DNA of 64,000 nucleotides from Escherichia coli (GTDB lineage Bacteria; Pseudomonadota; Gammaproteobacteria; Enterobacterales; Enterobacteriaceae): NCBI RefSeq assembly GCF_051903065.1, contig NZ_CP178438.1; one strand, 5' to 3'. Shown piece by piece: positions 46,590 to 55,631 of this stretch (position 1 is its first letter; each line of letters starts with the position of its first letter). The notes under the pieces were generated by a model. It saw only the letters and a program-made list of their open reading frames with translations, ran no database searches and was not told where the DNA came from. The position numbers and the translations under genes were made by a program.

Positions 46590-48692
46590 TTACTCAAATC
46601 GCCATGCGATATTCACGCCGACACCATAATTTCGCCCGGGCGCAGGTTCGTAATATCGCCCGTTTGACTCATTGACAATGACAGAACCAACGTATTCTTT
46701 ATCGAATAAATTATCGACACGACCAAATAAATCCACAGTTAAATTGTGGTAATTGTATTTATACCCGGTGAATAAGCCGACGAGAGTATAAGACGGCGCT
46801 TTGGCCGTATTTTCATCATCTGCCATAATATCGCCCATATAACGCGCTTCCGTGCCTGCATACCAGCCATCTTCCGGTACATAACCTATCGACGCAAAGC
46901 CCATATTACGGGCGATCCCTGGCATCCGATTACCGTTACAATCCTGTTCATTGCAAACATTGCTGCGATAGGTCGCATCAAGCCAGGTCCAGGACGCGTT
47001 TACACGAAAATCTCCCGCGAAACGTTGATCCCATGCCAGTTCAGCGCCTTGACGACGGGTCTTTCCAGCATTTTTGTAAGTCGTACGCCCACCGCTACTG
47101 CTATCGACAACAATTTCATCATCGGTGTCGGTCTGGAACAATGCGAGACTAAGCAGCCCATCACCAATACGCGTTTTACTGCCGATCTCAATTGTATCGT
47201 TGGTGGATGGTTTTAAACCAAAGTTCATACCGCTTTGCCCATCAGCGCGATAAGACAGCTCATTAATCGTCGGCGTTTCAAAACCACGCCCGGCTGCCAG
47301 ATAGATATTCCAGGCATCGGTCATTGCATATTTTAACGATCCGGCTGGTAGCCATTTGTGATAACTGGCATCACCGCTGTCATCGCCGTTACCCGGAGTA
47401 ATGTAATGGTCGTTGGAATCAAACCACACGGAGCTGTAGCGCACGCCAGCATCCAGCGACAGTTTTTCGCTCAGCTGCCACTGCGTCTGTAAATAGGGAT
47501 CGATGTTCCACATCAGATTGCGTTCGTCGCGACGCAACTCACCTTTTTGCCCGTACTCCGGCATGCCGCTATTCAGGCGGAAGTTATTGTAGCCCTTGCG
47601 GTTTTCACTCATGTTTTCGTAGTTCAGGCCGGTAGTGAACGTGACCGGAACGCCCAGTTCACCACGGTGTGTCCAGCGGCTGTCTATTCCCTGGTAATGG
47701 CGTTGCAGGGTAATCACGCCGCCCGCATGTGACGGGTTAAGTTGTGGTGCCATGGGTATTGACTGGTACTGGGTCGTTTCTCGCTCTCCGGCATACATCA
47801 TCACACTCATATCATCCCGCGAACTCAGGCTACGTTCATAGCGCAACCCAGCCTGAGTTTGCTTGATGGTTTTTCGCGTGTCGTACTGTTCTGCACGAGG
47901 CGCTTGTTGTGGATTCGCCTTCCATTCTGCTTTGGTTAGCCCACCTGGGTCATCTGCTTTGATATCCACACTATTGAAAATCAGGCTTAATTTGCTGGCT
48001 TCATCAATGCGTACGCCCAGTTTGGCATTGGCTAAATTTTTCTGTGCGCCACTATGGTCACGATAGCCGTGGGTCGTAAAACGCGTGGTTGAGACGGTGT
48101 AATCAACATCGCCGGACTGTGTGCCGTCTCCCGTTGCGCCCGTTGCTTTCAGCCCATAGCGCCAGCTGCCAAAACTGCCGTAGTAACTACTGGCTTCAAT
48201 GGTTGGTGGCTGTTGTCCGGTCTGGGTGGTGACATTCATTACACCGCCAGACGCGTTGCCATACAGGGCAGAGAAGGGGCCACGCAGCACTTCCACATTT
48301 TGCACACTGCTTAAATCGATGTTGGATGTTTGCCCTTGCCCGTCGGGCATGGTGGCGGGAATACCGTCCACATACAGGCGAATACCGCGAATTCCGTAAG
48401 TGGAACGGGAGCCAAATCCGCGAATCGACAGCTGTAAATCTTGCGCATAGTTCTGCCGGTTTTGTACCTGTAAACCAGGCACGCCGGTCAGTGATTCGGA
48501 CAAGTTAATGCGCGGTGTTGCCAGGCGCATATCCTCGCCATCCACCACGCTTACTGCTGCAGGGGTATCCAGTTCTGAAACCACCTGCGGCGCGGCACTG
48601 ACAATCATGGTCTGTTCATCAGCGGCAAAAACAACGGGGGAAAGGACAAGCAGTGCGGGCAAAACGGTCTGTCGGACGGAAAAAATCTTCAT
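46590..48692 (-). CDS. yncD: TonB-dependent outer membrane receptor
   Basis: 700-aa reverse ORF with signal peptide and beta-barrel-like C-terminus. Confidence 0.85.
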   Translation of the reverse strand: MKIFSVRQTVLPALLVLSPVVFAADEQTMIVSAAPQVVSELDTPAAVSVVDGEDMRLATPRINLSESLTGVPGLQVQNRQNYAQDLQLSIRGFGSRSTYGIRGIRLYVDGIPATMPDGQGQTSNIDLSSVQNVEVLRGPFSALYGNASGGVMNVTTQTGQQPPTIEASSYYGSFGSWRYGLKATGATGDGTQSGDVDYTVSTTRFTTHGYRDHSGAQKNLANAKLGVRIDEASKLSLIFNSVDIKADDPGGLTKAEWKANPQQAPRAEQYDTRKTIKQTQAGLRYERSLSSRDDMSVMMYAGERETTQYQSIPMAPQLNPSHAGGVITLQRHYQGIDSRWTHRGELGVPVTFTTGLNYENMSENRKGYNNFRLNSGMPEYGQKGELRRDERNLMWNIDPYLQTQWQLSEKLSLDAGVRYSSVWFDSNDHYITPGNGDDSGDASYHKWLPAGSLKYAMTDAWNIYLAAGRGFETPTINELSYRADGQSGMNFGLKPSTNDTIEIGSKTRIGDGLLSLALFQTDTDDEIVVDSSSGGRTTYKNAGKTRRQGAELAWDQRFAGDFRVNASWTWLDATYRSNVCNEQDCNGNRMPGIARNMGFASIGYVPEDGWYAGTEARYMGDIMADDENTAKAPSYTLVGLFTGYKYNYHNLTVDLFGRVDNLFDKEYVGSVIVNESNGRYYEPAPGRNYGVGVNIAWRFE

Positions 48693-48933
48693 GAAAAAAG
48701 CCAAGTTAAGAATGGGAAAACGCCGTCATGGTAATGAAATTGTAAATTTATGGAAAATGAAACGGCACAATACGTTAATTAATTGAGAAAATTGTAGTCG
48801 TAACGGCAAGAAATGCTCCACATTTGAGAAAATAATGATTACCATTCCCATTTATAACAAGAGCGTAACGATGATTACGCTTAGCGAAGCATTGTGAAGC
48901 AGCAAAAATATCGGTTCATCAAAGGGAGTCGTC

Positions 48934-49995
48934 ATGCATTTACGTCATCTGTTTTCATTGCGCCTGCGTGGTTCATTACTGTTAGGTTCATTGCTTGTTG
49001 CTTCATCATTCAGTACGCAGGCCGCAGAAGAAATGCTGCGTAAAGCGGTAGGTAAAGGTGCCTACGAAATGGCTTATAGCCAGCAAGAAAACGCGCTGTG
49101 GCTCGCCACTTCGCAAAGCCGCAAACTGGATAAAGGTGGCGTGGTTTATCGTCTTGATCCGGTCACTCTGGAAGTGACGCAGGCGATCCATAACGATCTC
49201 AAGCCGTTTGGTGCCACCATCAATAACACGACTCAGACGTTGTGGTTTGGTAACACCGTAAACAGCGCGGTCACGGCGATAGATGCCAAAACGGGCGAAG
49301 TGAAAGGCCGTCTGGTGCTGGATGATCGTAAGCGCACGGAAGAGGTGCGCCCGCTGCAACCGCGTGAGCTGGTAGCTGATGATGCCACGAACACCGTTTA
49401 CATCAGTGGTATTGGTAAAGAGAGCGTGATTTGGGTCGTTGATGGCGAGAATATCAAACTGAAAACCGCCATCCAGAACACCGGTAAAATGAGTACCGGT
49501 CTGGCGCTGGATAGCAAAGGCAAACGTCTTTACACCACTAACGCTGACGGCGAATTGATTACCATCGACACCGCCGACAATAAAATCCTCAGCCGTAAAA
49601 AGCTGCTGGATGACGGCAAAGAGCACTTCTTTATCAACATTAGCCTTGATACCGCCAGGCAGCGTGCATTTATCACCGATTCTAAAGCCGCAGAAGTGTT
49701 AGTGGTCGATACCCGTAATGGCAATATTCTGGCGAAGGTTGCGGCACCGGAATCACTGGCTGTGCTGTTTAACCCCGCGCGTAATGAAGCCTACGTGACG
49801 CATCGTCAGGCAGGTAAAGTCAGTGTGATTGACGCGAAAAGCTATAAAGTGGTGAAAACGTTCGATACGCCGACTCATCCGAACAGCCTGGCGCTGTCTG
49901 CCGATGGCAAAACGCTGTATGTCAGTGTGAAACAAAAATCCACTAAACAGCAGGAAGCTACCCAGCCGGACGATGTGATTCGTATTGCGCTGTAA
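48934..49995 (+). CDS. yncE: Beta-propeller repeat periplasmic protein
   Basis: 353-aa ORF with signal peptide. Confidence 0.8.
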   Translation: MHLRHLFSLRLRGSLLLGSLLVASSFSTQAAEEMLRKAVGKGAYEMAYSQQENALWLATSQSRKLDKGGVVYRLDPVTLEVTQAIHNDLKPFGATINNTTQTLWFGNTVNSAVTAIDAKTGEVKGRLVLDDRKRTEEVRPLQPRELVADDATNTVYISGIGKESVIWVVDGENIKLKTAIQNTGKMSTGLALDSKGKRLYTTNADGELITIDTADNKILSRKKLLDDGKEHFFINISLDTARQRAFITDSKAAEVLVVDTRNGNILAKVAAPESLAVLFNPARNEAYVTHRQAGKVSVIDAKSYKVVKTFDTPTHPNSLALSADGKTLYVSVKQKSTKQQEATQPDDVIRIAL

Positions 49996-50078
49996 TAGAT
50001 ATGGCGAGGGTGAAAACGGAGAGACTTGCCTGACTTTTATCAAGCCGCATGCGGCACCTTCGTCAGTAATCTAAATTT

Positions 50079-50104
50079 GCCCGGCACGTAGCCGGGCAAT
50101 TTTG
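50079..50104. terminator. Bidirectional terminator between yncE and ansP
   Basis: GCCCGGC-ACGTA-GCCGGGC hairpin with flanking A/T tracts. Confidence 0.65.
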
Positions 50105-50107
50105 CAA

Positions 50108-51607
50108 TTAACTCGCCGTTTCAGGCTTAAACACAATTTCCTGTTTTTCTTCATCTTCCTCGACGACTGGCGCAGTGCTGTGAATTTCAGCAACGCGTTT
50201 GCGCACACCAAACCAGCCTATAACCAGCAGAATACCGATAATCGGCAGCGCCGCGATAGTATAAGTCCCGTTCGGGTAATCGAACGCCATCAGCACAAGG
50301 ACACTCAGTAAAAACAGTAATGTCAGCCAGGAAGTGAAGGGTGCGCCAGGCAGTTTAAAACTGACATCCGCTGCTTTGCCTTCTTTAATCGCTTTACGCA
50401 GGCGCATCTGGCACACGATGATAAACGCCCATGAAGCGATGATTCCCAGCGACGCGAAGTTCAACACAATCTCAAATACGCGCGACGGCACCAGATAGTT
50501 GAGGAATACGCCGACGACATACACAACCAGTGTCGCCAGAATCCCGGCATACGGCACATGCTGACGACTCATTTTCGCCATAAAACTCGGTGCGGAACCG
50601 CCCATCGCCATTGAGCGCAGAATACGTCCGGTGCAGTACAGACCTGAATTCAGGCTGGAGAGGGCAGCGGTCAGCACCACAATGTTCATAATGCTGCCGA
50701 TATATGGCACACCCAGTTTAGAGAAAAACGTCACGAACGGACTTTGCCCCGCCTGATACGCGCTCCACGGCAATAACATAACCAGCAACACCACGGAGCC
50801 GACGTAAAACAGGCCAATACGCCAAATCACACTGTTAATCGCTTTAGGCACCATGGTCTGCGGATCTTTACATTCTCCGGCAGCTGTACCCACCATTTCA
50901 ATGGAGGCAAAAGCAAACACTACGCCCTGAATCAACACCAGCGCAGGCAGCAAACCGTGGGGGAAGAAGCCGCCATTATCGGTGATTAAATGAAAGCCAG
51001 TGGTGTTGCCATCCAGCGGCTGACCACTACCGAGGAACACTGTACCCACGACCAAAAAGGTCACAATGGCGAGCACTTTAATAAGCGCAAACCAGAACTC
51101 CATCTCCGCAAACCATTTCACACCGATCATATTCATGGTGCCAACGATGGTAAGTGCAGCGAGCGCAAAGACCCACTGCGGCACGCCGCCAAACGCACCC
51201 CAGTAATGCATATACAGAGCGACGGCGGTAATATCAACAATCCCCGTCATCGCCCAGTTGATGAAGTACATCCAGCCAGCAACATAAGCGGCTTTCTCAC
51301 CCAAAAACTCACGGGCATAAGAGACAAAACTGCCACTGGAAGGGCGGTGTAGCACCAGCTCACCCAATGCACGCAGAATAAAAAACGAAAACAAGCCACA
51401 AATTAAATAAACCAGTGCCAGTGCTGGACCCGCCATTTGCAGTCGGGCTCCTGCACCTAAAAACAAGCCGGTGCCAATCGCGCCGCCAATGGCGATCATC
51501 TGTACCTGGCGATTGCCCATCGCTTTGTGATACCCCTCTTCGTGGGCATTAAGCCAGCGGCGTTTCGCGGCGTGTTGATCTGAAGTGTCGGTGTCGTGTT
51601 TACTCAT
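50108..51607 (-). CDS. ansP: L-asparagine permease (APC family)
   Basis: 499 aa from internal ATG of ORF 50108-51658; 12-TM amino acid permease. Confidence 0.85.
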   Translation of the reverse strand: MSKHDTDTSDQHAAKRRWLNAHEEGYHKAMGNRQVQMIAIGGAIGTGLFLGAGARLQMAGPALALVYLICGLFSFFILRALGELVLHRPSSGSFVSYAREFLGEKAAYVAGWMYFINWAMTGIVDITAVALYMHYWGAFGGVPQWVFALAALTIVGTMNMIGVKWFAEMEFWFALIKVLAIVTFLVVGTVFLGSGQPLDGNTTGFHLITDNGGFFPHGLLPALVLIQGVVFAFASIEMVGTAAGECKDPQTMVPKAINSVIWRIGLFYVGSVVLLVMLLPWSAYQAGQSPFVTFFSKLGVPYIGSIMNIVVLTAALSSLNSGLYCTGRILRSMAMGGSAPSFMAKMSRQHVPYAGILATLVVYVVGVFLNYLVPSRVFEIVLNFASLGIIASWAFIIVCQMRLRKAIKEGKAADVSFKLPGAPFTSWLTLLFLLSVLVLMAFDYPNGTYTIAALPIIGILLVIGWFGVRKRVAEIHSTAPVVEEDEEKQEIVFKPETAS

Positions 51608-51873
51608 TGCTCTCCCTGATTGCTTTAATGAAAAAGTCATATAAGTTGCCATGAACAATGTTTATTCATCCTGGCGATGATAGTTATCACCATTATTCTT
51701 TATGGGTATAAAACTATCGGCGCAGCATCCTACCCGTTATCGATAAACGATGCAAAACATCCCCTTACAATCCTGAAGGGGATTAATACAACTGACGAAA
51801 AAATGACAAATCCTTTTGCTGGTTAACCTGTGTACTGTCCTACACTTAATCTTTAAAAGATTGTGAGGGGCAT

Positions 51874-52491
51874 ATGATTAAGGTGTATGGCGTACCCGGA
51901 TGGGGCTCTACAATCAGTGAGCTGATGCTAACACTGGCTGATATTCCTTATCAGTTCGTTGATGTCAGTGGTTTTGACCACGAGGGAGCTTCACGCGAGT
52001 TATTGAAAACCCTGAACCCGTTGTGTCAGGTTCCGACACTGGCATTGGAAAATGACGAGATTATGACGGAGACAGCGGCGATTGCATTGATGGTTCTCGA
52101 TCGTCGCCCGGACCTTGCGCCACCGGTTGGGCGCGCCGAACGTCAGCAGTTTCAACGGCTATTGGTCTGGCTGGTTGCTAATGTCTATCCAACATTCACT
52201 TTCGCCGATTACCCTGAGCGTTGGGCTCCTGACGCACCCGAACAGTTAAAGAAGAATGTTATTGAATATCGTAAATCGCTTTATATCTGGCTGAATTCAC
52301 AATTGACCGCTGAACCTTATGCGTTTGGTGAGCAACTAACGCTGGTGGACTGTTATCTTTGCACTATGCGCACATGGGGGCCTGGGCATGAATGGTTTCA
52401 GGATAATGCCACGAATATCAGTGCGATTGCTGATGCTGTATGTCAGTTACCGAAATTACAAGAAGTATTAAAAAGGAATGTCATTATTTAA
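51874..52491 (+). CDS. yncG: Glutathione S-transferase-like protein
   Basis: 205-aa ORF. Confidence 0.8.
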   Translation: MIKVYGVPGWGSTISELMLTLADIPYQFVDVSGFDHEGASRELLKTLNPLCQVPTLALENDEIMTETAAIALMVLDRRPDLAPPVGRAERQQFQRLLVWLVANVYPTFTFADYPERWAPDAPEQLKKNVIEYRKSLYIWLNSQLTAEPYAFGEQLTLVDCYLCTMRTWGPGHEWFQDNATNISAIADAVCQLPKLQEVLKRNVII

Positions 52492-53030
52492 CAATAATGC
52501 CGGAGGTTAATGTTAATGAATCACTGGCGTAGTTAACTGGATATCCATTTGTTTGCTATGAATAGTAATTAAAGTTGGTACAATTATTTATATGATTGAT
52601 GTAATTTCGTTTTTTATATGAAATATCAATTTAATATAATCCGAAAATAAAACATCTCTTCGCATGTAGAGAAACATGTCGATATGATAGTGCAGTGCAG
52701 ATCATGTCATCAGAGTAGGGCGGTAGCGTATTTAATCAGGGAAAGATTACGCAACGCTGCTTTTTTGTATTGAACGATTCGCATTTTATGTTTAAAAATT
52801 GCGATATTCCTTATTTCCTGAAGCTGTTTTTATTGCTTATACATGATCAAATACTCCTTACATAATTAAGGAGAACAAAATGGAACTTAATACACGCCAA
52901 CAATTTGTATTACTTAAATAGACCAGTGAAGGTACGTATCAGAATATCCGGTGAAGTGATTAATATTTCGTTGAATATTTCTCCGGATTTTTGAAACCTG
53001 CTGCTGTAGAAATTCTGAACAGGAGGAATT

Positions 53031-53315
53031 ATGCCTTTAGCAGCCAAACTCACCGACAAAGGCACCCAGCACGACGGTTATTACGAGACCGTCATCACCG
53101 CCGGGTCATCCACCGTTTTTATCGATGGTCTCCCCGCAGCCCGCCAGGGAGATCCGCTGACGCCGCATGCTAAACCGAAGCATCCCCCTCATCCCCGTAA
53201 AATCGCCAGAGGCTCGTCAACCGTCTTTATTGACGGCCTGCCCGCCGCCAGAACCGGTGATGCCATCGACTGTGGTGGTGTGGTCATTGGTGGCGGTACG
53301 GTAAATATAGGCTGA
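53031..53315 (+). CDS. PAAR-repeat protein (T6SS spike tip)
   Basis: 94-aa ORF with strong RBS AGGAGG; two DGLPAAR motifs. Confidence 0.8.
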   Translation: MPLAAKLTDKGTQHDGYYETVITAGSSTVFIDGLPAARQGDPLTPHAKPKHPPHPRKIARGSSTVFIDGLPAARTGDAIDCGGVVIGGGTVNIG

Positions 53316-53333
53316 TATGTCTGAGAGGTATTT

Positions 53334-55481
53334 ATGTCCTTAAAAGGTCTGCGCTTTACGCTGGAGATTGACGGCCAGGAGCCGGACACCTTTGCAGTGG
53401 TGAATTTCAGGTTAATCCAGAACCAGTCTTATCCGTTTGTGATGAGTGTGGATGTTGCCAGCGACTCTTTTATGCAGACGGCGGAGATGCTGCTGGAGAA
53501 GAAGGCGACGCTGACTATCTGGCAGGGCGTCATCCCGCTGCGTTATGTCACAGGCGTGGTGGCGGGCTTTGGCATGCAGGAGAATAACGGCTGGCAGATG
53601 CGTTATCACCTGCGTATTGAGCCGCCGTTATGGCGGTGCGGGCTGCGGCAGAACTTCCGTATCTTCCAGCAGCAGGATATCCGGACGATATCGGCCACGT
53701 TACTGAATGAGAACGGCGTCACGGAGTGGACGCCGCTGTTTTATGAAGACCATCCGGCGCGGGAGTTCTGTGTCCAGTACGGAGAGAGCGACCTGGCGTT
53801 TCTGGCGCGGCTGTGGGCGGAGGAGGGGATTTTCTTCTTTGAGCGGTTTGCGGCGGACAGCCCGGAGCAGAAGCTGACGCTGTGCGACGATGTGGCGGGG
53901 CTGTCACAGGCGGGAGAGCTTCCGTTTAACCCGGACACATCGGCAGGAGCGGAGACGGAGTGTCTCAGTATGTTCCGTTATGAGGCGCATGTCCGCCCGT
54001 CGTCGGTGCAGAGTCAGGATTACACGTTTAAGGTGCCGGACTGGCCGGGGATATACGAACAGCAGGGTGAGAGGCTGAACGGACAGCACGCGCAGTACGA
54101 GATATTTGATTATCCGGGAAGGTTCAAGGATGAGCAGCACGGCAAGGATTTCACGCTGTATCAGATGGACAGCCTGCGCAGTGATGCGGAAAAGGCCACA
54201 GGGCAGAGTAATTCACCGAAGCTGTGGCCGGGAACGCGGTTTACGCTGACGGGGCATCCGCAGAAGATGCTGAACCGTGAATGGCAGGTGGTACAGAGCA
54301 TACTGTCAGGAAGCCAGCCGCAGGCGTTGCACGGCAGCCAGGGGAGAGGAACCACACTGGGCAATCAGTTAGAGGTGATACCGGCAGACCGGACGTGGCG
54401 TCCACGGCTGCAAAGCAAACCGAAGGTGGACGGGCCACAGAGCGCCATTGTCACCGGGCCTGCGGGAGAGGAAATCTTCTGCGATGAACATGGCCGGGTA
54501 CGGGTGAAGTTCCACTGGGACCGTTATCACGGGATGACGGAGGCGAGTTCATGCTGGGTGCGTGTATCGCAGGCGTGGGCGGGGCCGGGGTTCGGCAATC
54601 TGGCGATACCGCGTGTGGGTCAGGAGGTGATAGTGGACTTTCTGAACGGCGACCCGGACCAGCCCATTGTGACGGGACGCACATACCATGAAGACAACCG
54701 TTCGCCGGGCGACCTGCCGGGAACGAAGACACAAATGACCATCCGGTCGAAGACCTATAAAGGAAGCGGATTTAACGAACTGCGCTTCGAGGACGCCACC
54801 AGTAATGAGCAGGTGTATATCCATGCGCAGAAGAACATGGATACGGAGGTGCTCAACGACCGGACAACGGATGTGAAACATGACCATACGGAAACCATCG
54901 GTAACGACCAGAAGATAACGGTGGTGAAGGGTCAGACGGTTCAGGTCGGTACAAAAAAAGAGGGGGGCCACGACCAGAGTATCACGGTGGAGAACGACCG
55001 GCGTATCACGGTACGTAATGACCAGACTCTGAAGGTGACGAATGACCGGACGGTGAGCGTGAGTCACGATGACGGTCTGTACGTCAGAAACGACCGTAAA
55101 GTGACGGTGGAAGGGAAGCAGGAGCATAAGACGACGGGGAACCATATCAGTCTGGTGGAGGGGAAACACAGCCTGGTGGTGAAGGGGGACCTGGCGGAGA
55201 AGGTGAGTGGCGCGCTGGGGATAAAAGTGGACGGGGATATCGTGCTGGAGAGCAGCAGCCGGATAAGCCTGAAGGTGGGTGGCTCGTTTATCGTCATTCA
55301 GCCGGGCGGAGTGGATATAGTGGGGCCGAAGATAAATCTTAATGGTGGGGGGAGTCCGGGGACACCGGTACCGACACTGCAACCCACTGTCCTGAACACT
55401 TTAGTCACTAATGATACGGATAGTAATACTGATGATGATATCGGTAATGATGAGACCAGAGTGAAGTTCATGTTCTCGTAG
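53334..55481 (+). CDS. vgrG: VgrG (T6SS spike, gp27/gp5-like) with short C-terminal tail
   Basis: 715-aa ORF; VgrG-like N-terminus (RYHLRIEPPLWRCGLRQNFRIFQQQD), gp5-like beta-helix repeats (ITVENDRRITVRNDQTLKVTNDRTVSV). Confidence 0.9.
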   Translation: MSLKGLRFTLEIDGQEPDTFAVVNFRLIQNQSYPFVMSVDVASDSFMQTAEMLLEKKATLTIWQGVIPLRYVTGVVAGFGMQENNGWQMRYHLRIEPPLWRCGLRQNFRIFQQQDIRTISATLLNENGVTEWTPLFYEDHPAREFCVQYGESDLAFLARLWAEEGIFFFERFAADSPEQKLTLCDDVAGLSQAGELPFNPDTSAGAETECLSMFRYEAHVRPSSVQSQDYTFKVPDWPGIYEQQGERLNGQHAQYEIFDYPGRFKDEQHGKDFTLYQMDSLRSDAEKATGQSNSPKLWPGTRFTLTGHPQKMLNREWQVVQSILSGSQPQALHGSQGRGTTLGNQLEVIPADRTWRPRLQSKPKVDGPQSAIVTGPAGEEIFCDEHGRVRVKFHWDRYHGMTEASSCWVRVSQAWAGPGFGNLAIPRVGQEVIVDFLNGDPDQPIVTGRTYHEDNRSPGDLPGTKTQMTIRSKTYKGSGFNELRFEDATSNEQVYIHAQKNMDTEVLNDRTTDVKHDHTETIGNDQKITVVKGQTVQVGTKKEGGHDQSITVENDRRITVRNDQTLKVTNDRTVSVSHDDGLYVRNDRKVTVEGKQEHKTTGNHISLVEGKHSLVVKGDLAEKVSGALGIKVDGDIVLESSSRISLKVGGSFIVIQPGGVDIVGPKINLNGGGSPGTPVPTLQPTVLNTLVTNDTDSNTDDDIGNDETRVKFMFS

Positions 55482-55631
55482 TGGGATAATCATTCAGATA
55501 AAGATAACGGAAGACGGTAGTAATAATAATACAATAATACTGTGATTTTCTGCTTTCTAAGCAGAGATGCTCTGTGAATGAATAATTCATACTCGTTACA
55601 TGTTTTATAATCTTAATAAGGACTATTGATA

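Noticed and set aside
49006-49626. 206-aa reverse-strand ORF inside yncE
   Set aside because: Antisense shadow of the signal-peptide-bearing yncE gene.
52991-53173. 60-aa ORF overlapping the PAAR gene in another frame
   Set aside because: The PAAR frame has a strong RBS and recognisable PAAR motifs; the overlapping frame is Arg/His-rich noise.
54549-55382. 277-aa reverse-strand ORF inside vgrG
   Set aside because: Antisense to the VgrG beta-helix repeat region; repetitive GC-rich sequence often yields long spurious antisense frames.
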